Positions 40,438 through 52,185 of a stretch of 64,000 nucleotides of DNA are shown here, one piece after another. Location: NCBI RefSeq assembly GCF_006345805.1, contig NC_043007.1, positions 77,438,974 through 77,502,973 of the forward strand. The letters are read 5' to 3'. The position numbers and the translations under genes are program-made. This DNA is from Octopus sinensis. Its lineage: Eukaryota. The notes under the pieces are model-generated. The model saw nothing but the letters and a program-made list of their open reading frames with translations. It was not told where the DNA came from and made no database searches. Numbering within the stretch: position 1 is the first letter of the stretch; each line of letters opens with the position of its first letter.

Positions 40438-41194
40438 TATAATGTGTGCATTATGTGGTCGGTCGGTTCAGCTGAAAATATGCACACCTATGTTAAAAGT
40501 GCTCAAATGAAACGCGTGACCTCTAGGACAAAATTCCTCATCTATAAAATGTGGCCCCAGTAGACCCGAATGAAATCGGGTTATATTAACCAAAATGTGA
40601 AAAGGGGTCTAAATGGGGCTGGAATTCTCTGTTACATCAAACTAAAAAATTTGCGCCAGCCTTTTAACCGTCAATGTGTTGCCGTCCATGATGAAGAAGT
40701 TTTGAATGCTTGCCATCGTGAGTCTACTGTCGTAAGAAAGAATTACTTCAAAAATTGGTGTTTATGAATTTTCTTTTACATCAAGTTCAAAATTTTACGC
40801 CAGCCGTTAAACTGTCAAAACGTTGCTGTCCGTCGTTAAGAAATGCCAGCCATGGTGACTCTACTATCCTCAGATTCTATCCCTTCAAACTTTGGTTTCC
40901 AATATTTTATTATTTTTATTCAGCTCGCAAGTTCGTCTGTCCCTTTTAAATGTTAGTTATGTTTTGCTGTCTGCCTTGAAGCAGACCTTTCCGTTGTTAC
41001 TGCCTGATATTTATGATTGATCTTTCTAAATACTTTTTTTCTCAACTTACTCAAGATCTTTTGTTGTTTATAAATGGGAGAGAGATAGATAAAGATAGAG
41101 AGTAAGAGAAAGCAAGGGAGAGTCCGAGAGAAAAGAAAAGTAAGAGAGTGGGGAAAGTGAGAGAGAAAAGAGAGAGAAACAAAGAGGGAGAATC

Positions 41195-41500
41195 ATCATC
41201 ATCGCTTAACGTCCGTTTTCCGTGCTAGCACGGGTTGGACAGTTTGACCGGGGTCTGGGAAGCCAGGAGGCTGCACCAGGTTCCAGTCTGATCTGGCAGT
41301 GTTTCTACAGGTGGATGACCTTCCTAACGCCAACCACTCTGTGAGCGTAGTGGGTGGTTTTTTCGTGCCGCCGGCACAGGTGCCAGGGGGGTTTGCAGCG
41401 GCAACGATCGGTTGGTGCTTTTTACGTGCCACCGGCAGAGAAGCCAGTCAAGGCGGCGCTGCAATCGGCCACGTTCGGATGGTGCTTTTTACGTGCTGAA
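41195..41500 (-). mobile_element. RTE-type 3' tail repeat with internal short tandem units
   Basis: Ends ccaacccgtgctagcacggaaaacggacgttaagc(GAT)n; gcacgtaaaaagcacc is repeated. Confidence 0.6.
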
Positions 41501-41589
41501 AGGAAGCAACATATATAGGAAAATGTGTCTTTGAAAAGGCACTTAAATTTCAAAAACTCGTAAATGTTTAAAATACATTTATTTACATA

Positions 41590-42379
41590 CTAGCAGCATA
41601 GCCCGGCGTTGCCCGGGTATGTAAGAGCCCCTAGTAGGCAACGACTAATCCCATCTGGTCCTTTCCGTCAAGGGAACGAAGGCGCATGTGTAGGTTGCAA
41701 TGTCTTCTCTTCACTCGAATACTTCTGTTATACGAATGTTCCTAGCTGTCCTTTGGGCGATAAAAAGGTCGAGTTGTGTCCCCTAGACAGTTTGTGTTTA
41801 ATACACAAATCGGTTTGCTATGTGTGCCACATATGATTTAATTAACCGATTTTTTCCAGTAATAAAGTAACCTATTGGAATAAAAAGGGCCATATAGCTC
41901 CTTGGAGCAGACATGATCTCGCTGTGAATTTAAAAAAAATTCCTGCCAATTTGTGAAAGATATTGTCGAAAAGATGTCATCTTGAATTTGAACGCGATTT
42001 CCCAAAATGGCATGATTTTATCGATTTTTTCTGATGGTAAGGTATTGCATGGAAAACTAACATCAGAATTAAGTTTCTTAGGGTAACATTAAGCTTCACA
42101 TGATGAGTGGTCCAAATCAATTGCAAGTTGTGAAAACTACAACAGAAAATGTGTTGCATATAAAAGCTTAGATTCTCGACCCCATGTCGAATTTATCGAT
42201 TATTTTCAGAACTGGGGGAACTATTCAAAATTTTCGCTGCGTTAGTTTGGAATTATGACATTGGGCTATGTGTGTGTCAAGTTTCATCAGAACCGGTTGA
42301 AAGCCGTGGTCAGAGTGAGGGTACAACCTGACAGACACACACACACAGACAGACAAACTGCCGTTTATATATAGAGAGA
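41590..42379 (-). mobile_element. Non-autonomous Helitron (~790 bp, second family)
   Basis: CTAG end with hairpin GCCCGGCGTTGCCCGGG; TC 5' end (tttatatatagagaga|t on +); subterminal (CAGA)n. Confidence 0.78.
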
Positions 42380-42454
42380 TATACCAAACTAGTTTCAACA
42401 ATATTTTTTGTTTATCAATGGTAAAAGGGTAAAATTAGAAAAACATCGTTATAA

Positions 42455-42550
42455 GTTTCAATGTTGACAAATCAAAATGTTTCAATGTTGACAAACTGAA
42501 ATGTTTCAATGTTGTTAAATTAAAATGTTTCAATGTTGATAACTTATCAT
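42455..42550. repeat. 24-bp minisatellite x4 (gtttcaatgttga..aaat)
   Basis: Four consecutive units. Confidence 0.85.
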
Positions 42551-43628
42551 GTTCAAAACAGAAGGTGTAGGTTTGAAATTAAAACTGCATATTATTTGTT
42601 AGAATGTACAAGGTTCATTTATTTCAGTGGTGGGCGACAAGACATACTGAAAAAAAAAAAACAATATGAGAATTGAAATAGTGTAAAAGGGGGAAATTAC
42701 GGTTTCTCAGATCTTTAAACTGTCGCTTCCGCTTGCAATGGTATGCTTTTGGAAAAAATGTATTTACAAATTTTTTTTCCGCGAGCAGATCTGATTTTGA
42801 TTCGTTAAAAAATCGATGACGTTTTTCTTCCGTGGTCAAGCTTGTCGTTCTGCTGGGTTGGTTTCCTTGCAGGATAGGTTATAGGTCGTTCCGGTTGATT
42901 GGTTTTCTAAAAGGGTCTTTGTGATTATAAATTATGTGTATGTACGTTCTCTGTATGCTTGTGTGTGTGTGTGTGCGTACATGTGCATCCGTGTGTGTGT
43001 GTGCATGTGTGAGTTTGTATATATGTGAATGTGTATGTGTGAATGTGTGTATATGTGCATGCGCATATGTATGTGTATATGTGTGATGTGTATATATGTA
43101 TATGTATGTGTATAAGTATGTATATTTGTATGTGTGTATATGTGAATATGTATGTGTGTGTACGTTTTAGGATTGGCTTAATTGTTGTTGATGTCAAGGA
43201 CAGGAACAGATAAGGCAGAGAATACCTACACATACGCTTCCCCACATACTTACATATATACATATACATACTCTCCCACACATACAGATGTATATACTTA
43301 TACATACACTCCTACCTATATACATCATACAGGCCCACATACTCATACATATACCTACAGACCTACCTACACACACACTTGCATATACATACAGACCCTT
43401 ACACACATGCCAACACCCACACATACAGGCACACACATACATATACGTACAGATCCACAAGACACATACATATACTTACAGACCCGCCACATACATAAGT
43501 ATACAGATACATGCACACACACACACACACACACACACAGACGTATGTATATATATATATTCATATGTGTGTGTGTGTATGTATGTGTATGTGTGTGTGT
43601 ATGTGTGTGTGTGTGCGTGCATGTATGT

Positions 43629-43932
43629 GTGGAGGCGCAATGGCCCAGTGGTTAGAGCAGCGGACTCGCAGTCGGAGGAGTGCGGTTTCGATTCCCAGAC
43701 CGGGCGTTGAGTGTGTTTATTGAACGAAAACACCTACAAGCTCCACGAGGTTCCGGCAGGGAGTGGTGGCGACCCCTGTTGTCTTTCGCCCCAACTTTCT
43801 GTCACTCTTTCTTCCTGTTTCTTGAATAACGTTGCGATGGACTGGCGTCCTGTCCAGCTAGGGGGAACACATACGCCACAGAAACTGGGAAATCTGGCCC
43901 GTGAGCCTGGCTACGCTTGAAAAGGGCGACGT
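43629..43932 (+). mobile_element. Composite SINE: head H1 + V-domain-like tail T3
   Basis: Family C head, then gcgatggactggcgtcctgtccag..gagcctggct. Confidence 0.8.
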
Positions 43933-43938
43933 TTATCC

Positions 43939-43999
<61 letters not shown>

Positions 44000-44469
44000 C
44001 ATACATCCATACATAAATAAACATACGAATGGAGATAAACGTACAAGCACTGCAAACAGCTCATATGGATAAAAACAAGCATAGATAGAGAAAAGCGAAA
44101 GAAAAGCTAATTCACAATTTGTATGACATACTTTAAACCAGAACAAAGCAAAGTACATCATGTTTTTTTGCTTTTGTTTTTGAGTTGTGTTTTTGTCGTT
44201 TTGTTCACTTTGCCAAGTTGATGCATTTGCTTAAGGGCCACTTTATTTGCTTTAACCACTCTTTCACATTACAGCTGCAGCAAAACAGAACGCTCAAGTG
44301 TTCCTGTTAGAGATTGCTTATGTATGACGTCATACCTTAGGAATATTCTTTTTTGCTCGTCCCATTGTACCCTGGTACAGAGATGTACTAAAGATAACAA
44401 CCAAATAGACCTTAAATCATGCACCACCACCAACACCTCGACATCCCTTCTCTTTTTTTTTACATAATC

Positions 44470-46260
44470 GTATGTAGAGTGCTGTGAGCGCTTGCAGACA
44501 CTCTAGGTGCTAAGCACCCTGCCTCGGTCTATGCTTGATCCAGGACTGCAACTCCGTCAAAGAGACGAGCTGCAGAAAAGCGCGTTCAACAAGTCTGCGC
44601 ATCACACCCATCAGTCTGTCGACGACAAGTGCCAACCTCTTTGCTAACACCATGGCCAAAAGTTTGTAATCTGTTTTTAGTAGATTTACCGGCCTAAAGT
44701 TATCAACAATGTCCCCCTATTCGGATCCTTTCTCAGTAGCGTCACCACACCTCGGCTCACAGATCCGGTTATTCTCTCATTCCGATGCCAGTTACGGTAG
44801 ACGTCGTCCAAAACCTCACCAAACAAGCTTGGCATATGTATATAACGCTCGAAGAGCAAACCATCCAAACCCAGAGACCTCTCCCTCGTGCAACTAACCA
44901 ACGTTTCGTGTATATCTTCAGCTTTTATCAGCATTTCACAGAACTCCACATCCCTAGCCGAAAACCGCAGCATAACATCAAGGTAGGAAATGAAGTTCAC
45001 CTCCGCCTCTACGCCCCGTAGTGTTCAGAAAAATACCTCTGAAATTCCGCACAAATTTTCTTTGACTCGTGTAGCATGCGCTTGTCCCGACCCCTCCAAG
45101 ACCGAATTGTAGGTTTATTACCACTTTGCGCCTCGGCCACCCGAGCCCATCGAACGGCTTTCGCTCCCTTCTGTTTTAGAGCACGCGCACTAGCTCTGAC
45201 AATGCAGCCTTCGTACTTTGTGTTGAAGAATTAGTTCAGAAACATTCACGCTGCCAGCACGTCGGTCACTATGCTTCTATTGAGTGCCTCTTCTAATTTC
45301 CTAACTAGATCTCCCTCTACACTAGTCTTCCCTATCGCTAGTTCCCTGCTACATTCTACAGCTTCTACTCCAATCACCCGTTTTAGCCCTCCCCCATATC
45401 CATTGGTTGTTGACGACTGCACCCGTCAACTTTCGATGGACTAACTTGCTAAGCCAGTCTCTGAAAGTCTGACGCACCAGGAAGGGCGCGTTCAGCTTCC
45501 AGTATCCAGGTCCCTACCTATGAAGCCTATCTAGGTCAACCGTACAGATCACAAATTTGTGGTTTGTGTAGTTGACGAATTCAAATTCTGGACAACCTAT
45601 GCTATCCTATCTGGTGGCCTACAAAGTACTCTATCTAGATAAGATCTTGATGACCCGACAGATTTTGCGCATGTCCACACTATAGTATTCGGGAAATCCA
45701 GTCTGAACCTGTCTGCCAGCTGGAAACGACTGAGTAGGTTTGCGCACCCACCTTTCCTATCTGCTAGCACTACCAATCCACACGTGCATCTAAAACGGCT
45801 TTCCATTCGCCCGCTAATACTAAAGAATGAGACGACCTTAGAAAGGCCTCCAGGCGTCTGAAGAACTTCGGCTACCCAGCTCTGATTGGTGCGTACACTG
45901 CGACCAGTCTAATAGCACTGCTTTCGTTATCGTTCGCGTCCATGACCACCGACTTACCTTCCGAGTCCAGGAAAACCGACCCTATCTCGAGATCCAGGTC
46001 TTTCCTGAGCAACATTGCCATCCAACTTCCCATTACCGGTCGACTAAGAGATACGAAAATCTCGAAAATGGGTGCCAAGGCCCGTGTGTTGATCTTCGTC
46101 GCAATGACGGCTATTACGTCCAGACTTAGCCACCTAAGATCGTTGCGCAAGCATCTTTGCTCGCACGATGACCCCAGATCACATATATTTATATAACCTA
46201 CTTTAAGAACCGCAGCGCTGACCAGGAAGTAAGGAAAGGAAAAAGGGAGTGTCACTTACC
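44470..46260 (-). mobile_element. Tx1/L1-like LINE, APE endonuclease plus start of RT, internally deleted
   Basis: LKVGYINICDL..RLVAVYAP (APE), GLDGL..GVVTLLRK, then LVVDRLMG joined to LVSLTELQSWIKHRPR, which matches 32660-32720. Confidence 0.85.
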
Positions 46261-46879
46261 CTCCTGGTGCTCTTTGTGGTCGAGTGGTTCTCTGTGCTTA
46301 ATGCTCGTATAAGTTTGTAATGTCATTCACACCACCATTAGGCTCTCCGGTACTCTAAAAGTGTTGGGACTGCAGATCACCCCCTCTGCTTCAATGTTCT
46401 CGTTTTGCGCTATAAGAGCCATCAGCTTTTCATTGGTCCTTCTCACAAACACGAAATTCCGCTGCTGCGCGGATGGTTGTTGTCTTTGTAGCGACATTTA
46501 CTTTCTAAAGTTTGTTGTGATTTTGATTTTGTTGTGGGTGTTTGTGATGGTGTTGGTGACTGTGGTGCTTGTAGTGTTGGTGTTAGGGTAGAAAGGGCTC
46601 CTTAGTCGTAGTGAAGGCAATCTATCTAGGGAGATAACCTTACAATAAATCACTCGGTCCGTAGCTTAGAAATACTGGGTTGACGTCCAGCGGAAACAGC
46701 TTTGTTTCATGGAGGAGGAAAGATCTTCTTTAGTACTTGGTTGTACAATGCTTTCCAATGTGTGTAGTAGTGGCGCGCGCACACATTATTAGCCATTTGA
46801 AAAGACTATGGAATTTAGTCTCGACCACGGTCGAACAATGATGATGATGATGATGATGATGATGTTGGTGTTATTATCG

Positions 46880-47570
46880 GTATGTCTGTGTTTGCTGTTT
46901 CTTGGATTTCTCCTTTTTTACTGTATCTCTTTCATGGGTTTTTTTTTCTTTACCTTTTAGGCTTCACCTCATCATCACTTGGATGCGTTGAGGAGTCCGT
47001 GTCTGGAATGTTTTCTTCTGAAGTTGTTTGTTCTAGTTCTCTTGTAGTTTTTATTATTGTTGCTTTTGCTACTGTAGCTTCCGTCACTGCTGCTGGTGCT
47101 ACTCTCACTCCTACCAAGTAGGAGGGCGCCGCGGTGCGCATGGAATCCGCGGGCGCGAGCCCGAGTGAAGCCGACCGCCGGTGCAGATCTCAGTAGTAGT
47201 AGCAAATATTCGGACGAGACCTTCGAATACTGATGTGGAGAAGGGTTCCGTGCCAGCGGCGATTGAGCACGGGTTAGTCGATCCTAATAAGCGGGCGAAA
47301 GCTTCCGCGAAAGGCGCCGGATCCGTCATTGTTGTACCTGTTTTGTCTCCTTGAGTTCAATTTCTGTTTCTATTCCCAATCCTTTCTGTTGTTGTTCTTG
47401 TTTTTGTCGACTCATGGGTTGTGTTGCTTTCACTTGGACATTTCTTCCTGCCCTTTTGTCTAGTTCTGTGGGCAGAAAAACCGTAAGTGGCTCGTTGAAC
47501 CAAATCGTGGAATCTCAGCCTTCGTCTTCCAATTTTTTTCTTCAATTTCTGCAATTTCAACCAATCAATG
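46880..47570 (-). mobile_element. LINE ORF1 C-terminal remnant interrupted by the 28S fragment
   Basis: Degenerate knuckle GRR..R(C)H.(C)GSTSHLRFFCP at about 47470-47530, similar to the ORF1 at about 25450, followed by a low-complexity T/K/E-rich tract. Confidence 0.55.
47115..47327 (+). pseudogene. 28S: 28S (LSU) rRNA fragment, conserved core leading into the D7/D7a region
   Basis: Recognisable LSU blocks AGTAGGAGGGC, GGTGCAGATCT..GTAGTAGCAAATATTC, GTGGAGAAGGGTTCC and GGGTTAGTCGATCCTAA. It is a GC-rich island with no flanking rDNA. Confidence 0.88.
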
Positions 47571-47594
47571 ACGTCTATTGAGGTGAAAACATTC

Positions 47595-47767
47595 TGTGCC
47601 GTATGAATATGTCCCTCGTTTAAGAAACACATTGGATTTATTTACATTTCTGAAGAAAAAAGATACCCTTCCCCCACCCCTAATCCTAACCCTAACCCTA
47701 AAACAGATTGAGATGCAATAGATCGATACTAGGGTCATAATTATGGGTGACAATTTCATATGACACC
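47595..47767. mobile_element. MITE with internal telomere-like repeats
   Basis: Imperfect ~21-bp TIRs (gtgccgtatgaatatgtccc / gggtgacaatttcatatgacac); four CCCTAA units, one variant, at 47678-47701. Confidence 0.6.
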
Positions 47768-47892
47768 GCTAGAAAAAACTGCCGTTCAAACCGAAAAGAT
47801 CCCAGAGGACTTTAGTTCCAATATAGCACTTATAGAAATACACTCGTACAGGTAAGGCTTATAAATTTCATCGTAATTGTGTGTATAAATGT

Positions 47893-48272
47893 AGTGGCTG
47901 TGTGGTAAGTAGCTTGCTTACCAACCACATGGTTCTGGGTTCAGTCCCACTGCGTGGCACCTTGGGCAAGTGTCTTCTACTATAGCCTCGGGCCGACCAA
48001 AGCCTTGTGAGTGGATTTGGTAGACGGAAACTGAAAGAAGCCCGTCGTATATATGTATATGTATATGTTTGTGTGTCTGTGTTTGTCCCCCCAACATCGC
48101 TTGACAATCGATGGTGGTGTGTTTACGTCCCCGTAACTTAGCGGTTCGGCAAAAGAGACCGATAGAATAAGTACTAGGCTTACAAAGTCCCGGGGTCGAT
48201 TTGTTCGACTAAAAGCGGTGCTCCAGCATGGCCACAGTCAAATGACTGAAACAAGTTAAAGAGTAAAAGAGT
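47893..48272 (+). mobile_element. SINE family B, full length
   Basis: Head, core and tail intact. Confidence 0.9.
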
Positions 48273-48529
48273 ATATGAAATACAGGATTCTGTGTTTCAG
48301 AGGAACTAGTGGGAGACCAGAGAAAAGTATAGAAGAAGCTTCAGACAATGCGAAAAAGAAAATGAGGTGATAGAGGTAGTAAGCCAAGCAATTGTTCAGT
48401 ATAAGAAAAAAAATTGCAGTGGGGACTTGAAAGTTGTCAAAAGGCAAAATGTACTATTTGTGCAGTCCTCTGAATCCATACAGCAAACAAAGAAGACTAC
48501 AGCTCTGTTTTGCATTGACCATTCACTAT

Positions 48530-48733
48530 GGGATGGAAGCACTCCGTCGGTTACGACGACGAGGGTTCCGGTTGATCCGAATCAACGGAACAGCCTGCTC
48601 GTGAAATTAACGTGTGAGTGGCTGAGCACTCCACAGACACGTGTACCCTTAACGTAGTTCTCGGGGATATTCAGCGTGACACAGAGAGTGACAAGGCCGG
48701 CCCTTTGAAATACAGGTACAACAGAAACAGGAA

Positions 48734-48764
<31 letters not shown>

Positions 48765-48933
48765 TTGTGGCGAAAGAGTACAGCAGGGACCACCACCATC
48801 CCCTGCCGGAGTTTCGTGGAGCTATTAGGTGTTTTCGCTCAATAAACACTCACAACGCCCGGTCTGGGAATCGAAACCGTGATCCTACGACCGCGAGTCC
48901 GCTGCCCTAACCACTGGGCCATTGCGCCTCCAC
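48530..48933 (-). mobile_element. SINE family C, 11-bp TSD
   Basis: TSD ccattcactat at 48519-48529 and 48934-48944. Confidence 0.92.
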
Positions 48934-48944
48934 CCATTCACTAT

Positions 48945-49195
48945 AAACACTACATGAAAAGGCTCTGGCAATCTGTGGATTTAAATACCGCATTACTTAT
49001 ATGGCCAGTCCTAATATGTTGAATAGAAAGCACTACCGAAAAGTGATAAGTATCCCCACTTGCTTACTCAACGTGAAAAAGTGCGTGGGAAAGGTCTTCC
49101 TTAGACTAGTGGAAAAGCATTTTACGCTGGATTATAGGTATAGGAAACTATTTAATATACATTATTTAAGGGTTTCGGTAGGATTTGCACATGTG
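48945..49195 (+). mobile_element. Penelope-like element fragment (Naiad/Chlamys-like thumb region)
   Basis: KALAICG..RKHYRK..NVKKCVGKVFLRLVEKHF..KLFN..LRVS, homologous to the 63000-63170 region. Confidence 0.65.
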
Positions 49196-49971
49196 TCAAA
49201 AATGTATTAGTAAAAAACTTCGAGACTCCGGGCAAAATTAATGTAAAGTAAATAAGACACAAATGGCGGTGCCCCAACATGGCCACAGTTTGTGAGCTGA
49301 AACTAAATAAAATAAAATAAAATAAAATAAAATAAAATAAAATAAAATAAAATAAAATAAATAATCAGTTGACACAAGTGTTAATATCCGACACTAATAT
49401 GTGAAAATACAAACCGGAATATTCCTGCCTTATCTATTTAATACCATGTCCTCCTATTGCGCCCTCAGATGTTTCTTTATAACAATGCCATTATCAGCAA
49501 TTAAAATTTATAGTAAACGGCGGAAAAACATACTTCTTTATTATTCTACTTCAAGCTGAAAATAACTAGGGAAAAGTAAATATACGCACAAACAGACAGT
49601 AATACTGAGAGATCTACTTATCCACGCGCTTAGAGACACTCACACATATAATATATAAGCACGTTTATGTAATGTAGTGCTTAAAGTACTTTTAATATAT
49701 GCTCCTTCCTTATCTATTTCGTCCTCCTTTTCAGTCGCTATCGAATTTCTCATGTATAGCATATCCTGTTCTCTCATTCAGGAACTTCTCTACTCACACA
49801 CTTCAGACTCGTTCGTCTCTCAGGCCCCATCTTCAACCAAGCAGTATCCATTGTCAATTCCCGGACACAGCTCTAACAGGGACTCACATCTCTTACTATT
49901 CTGAGAAATTAGGGATCGGACAACTATCAATATCTATCTGTATATCTATCTACTTCTCTCTCTCCCTCTGT

Positions 49972-50012
<41 letters not shown>

Positions 50013-50045
50013 TTTTTTTTATATATATATATATATATATATAAG

Positions 50046-50085
<40 letters not shown>

Positions 50086-50229
50086 CTTATAAATAAGGGC
50101 AAACGAAAAAATTTCTAATGCCAAATATGCCGAAATTAGACACTTTGTCCATAACCATACAATTTTTCACAATACGCACACTACTCAAAAAAGGTCGACA
50201 GAAATTTCTAAAAAATTCTATTATTACCA

Positions 50230-50282
50230 TATCGAACCGATTTCAGGGTTAGTTCATAAGAACCCTCCCTTCGTCAGTGATA
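50230..50282 (-). ncRNA. Minimal type I hammerhead ribozyme motif (slightly decayed)
   Basis: Minus strand: UAUCA-CUGACGA-A-GGGAGGGUUCUUAUGAACUAACCCU-GAAA-UCGG-UU-CGAUA. Stem II contains AGGGUU/AACCCU; stem III is one change from the palindrome ACCGGU; stem I has one mismatch. Confidence 0.65.
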
Positions 50283-50997
50283 AATGTGGCAAAGAAATAA
50301 ATGAGATACTTACTCATACCCATGGAAGAAGCAAACTCTAAGTCATGAGCACAATTAAGTACCCCAAATACATCCAAAATAGAAATTGTCCAGCCCATTT
50401 GAGATACGTGCCATTTGAACTGAGACTCTCACAGATTGAGAGAGTCAGGAAGTGAACACTATGTATGTATGTATGTATGTATGTATGTATGTATGTATGT
50501 ATGTATGTATTGCGTCATAACGTTCCCCGCCATTAGAGAGCAGTGCAGAAGTAAACCTAAACGATCGTTGTCCTAAATAAAAAAGAACCTCCAGTACACT
50601 CTCTTCCGTATTAATCATTTAGAATACACTTGCTCAACCTGCTCCGAAAAATTCCTTACGTAGATCCAACAACGAAACTGCACTACCCCTGGACGCTGCA
50701 AGCTACCACTACAAGAGACATTCACATAACAAGGTTTGAATTCTACACGTTAAAGTCTCCTACCGGAGCTTTAATTCTAAATACAACTAAGAACTCCTTA
50801 AATATATGTTCAATCCTACGGGAACTAGAAGTTCAATGAAAGGCAATTTAGAACCACAAAAAGACTAGATATAAAAACTTCACAGTCATGAAACGCATCA
50901 AACGTATACAACCATTATCAGCTACCAAACGGATATCATTATAAGAGAGATAGAGGGAGAGAGAGGGAAATTTACTACTGTATGAATCATATATATA

Positions 50998-51392
50998 TCT
51001 TTATATATAAAAGTCAAGTTGTGTGTCTGTCTCCTACGATTTAGATTCCTAACTACTCCAACATTTTGCGGTGCAGTGTAACCAAAACCGGGTATCTTAT
51101 AGTCGTGATTCATATCGAGCCCTTCTGGGTATTAGCGTGCGTCTACGATGAGTCTACGATTTAAAAAAAAAATTACCATCATTTTCTTCCATTTTAATGC
51201 ATTTTTTCGCTATTATATAAGGGAAGTAACTCTCTAAAAATGTCTACGATGAGTCAACGATTTAAAAAAAAAATTACCATCATTTTTCCACTTTTAATGC
51301 ATTTTTTTGCTATTTTTTGGCTATAACTCTCTAAAAATGCTTATATAGTTATTTCCCTTACAAACCCGAGCAACGCCGGGCGATACTGCTAG
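50998..51392 (+). mobile_element. Non-autonomous Helitron (~395 bp)
   Basis: A|TC 5' end, 3' hairpin CCCGAGCAACGCCGGG, CTAG|T end, no TSD, inside a TA tract. Confidence 0.85.
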
Positions 51393-51407
51393 TATATATA
51401 TATATAT

Positions 51408-51570
51408 AATACAGTTCTATATCTAAGAGATTGGGAATTATGTATATTATTTACATTTGACGGATATTTGTCCTCAGCTTGTTTGTTGTTAACACAACGT
51501 TTCGGCTGATATAACCTCCAGCCTTCGTCAGGTGTTTTGGGGAAATTTCGAAACTGGGTTCTCATTCGAT
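51408..51570 (-). mobile_element. Solo pLTR-like element with HHR
   Basis: Contains the 51491 HHR; its 3' part is homologous to 8547-8630. Confidence 0.7.
51491..51536 (-). ncRNA. Minimal type I hammerhead ribozyme motif (best-preserved copy)
   Basis: Minus strand: AACAC-CUGACGA-A-GGCUG(GAGGUUAUAU)CAGCC-GAAA-CG-UU-GUGUU. Perfect 5-bp stems I and II, canonical core, GUU cleavage triplet. Confidence 0.88.
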
Positions 51571-51600
51571 GTTGTTATTATTATTATTATTATTATTATT

Positions 51601-52137
51601 GAGTGCGAGAGTAGTGCATGCCATCAAAGTGACACTGGGTTAAAATATACGAAGCCCAGTATACCTATCATGACTACCCGTCTGATAAGGGTACACTAGG
51701 CACATGCAATCAACCATGTGTGCGCGACATGGTGATCTGATATCAAGATAAACAACACATGATCTTGCAGGTGGGGCCCTCTGTTCGAGTAACCCATCCC
51801 GCTCAAAAGTCCCTGAATAAGGGTTGTTTAAGAATGTTGAACGAAACACCCATGTTTCCAGAGGTGAATAATTCAAGCCCCAAAGAATCCCTCTCAACAC
51901 ATGGCTATGATGCTCCCCCACTACTTCTGCTCGTGATCAAAGATGCACATATCGTCGGCCACAAGGAACATGCTCAACTGGTTAAGGTCAAACAACTGAC
52001 AAACAAATCTGTGTTATTGAGCAGAATATTTGCTGTAGACCATCTTTTATAGCAAGACAAAACAATGTACATGATAACACTTCCAATCAGTTAAGATGAG
52101 AAGCCATCAGAGCCACTGCCTTGTGCAGCATCAGGGC
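51601..52137 (-). mobile_element. Family D repeat, copy 4 (apparently full length)
   Basis: (ATT)n on both sides; the 5' end reads gccctgatgctgcacaaggcagtggctc. Confidence 0.85.
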
Positions 52138-52172
<35 letters not shown>

Positions 52173-52185
52173 TATTATTATTATT

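Noticed and set aside
39740-40950. Kolobok-like element bounded by TTAA-AAGGG ends
   Set aside because: Only about 9 bp of the putative TIRs match.
42280-42295. CTGATGAAAC on the minus strand
   Set aside because: Collapsed motif with no stem II, inside a Helitron.
44322-44335. 14-bp palindrome GTATGACGTCATAC containing a full CRE
   Set aside because: A few such palindromes are expected by chance in 64 kb, and there is no linked gene or promoter evidence.
47678-47701. True telomere or chromosome fusion scar
   Set aside because: Only four units, enclosed by TIRs.
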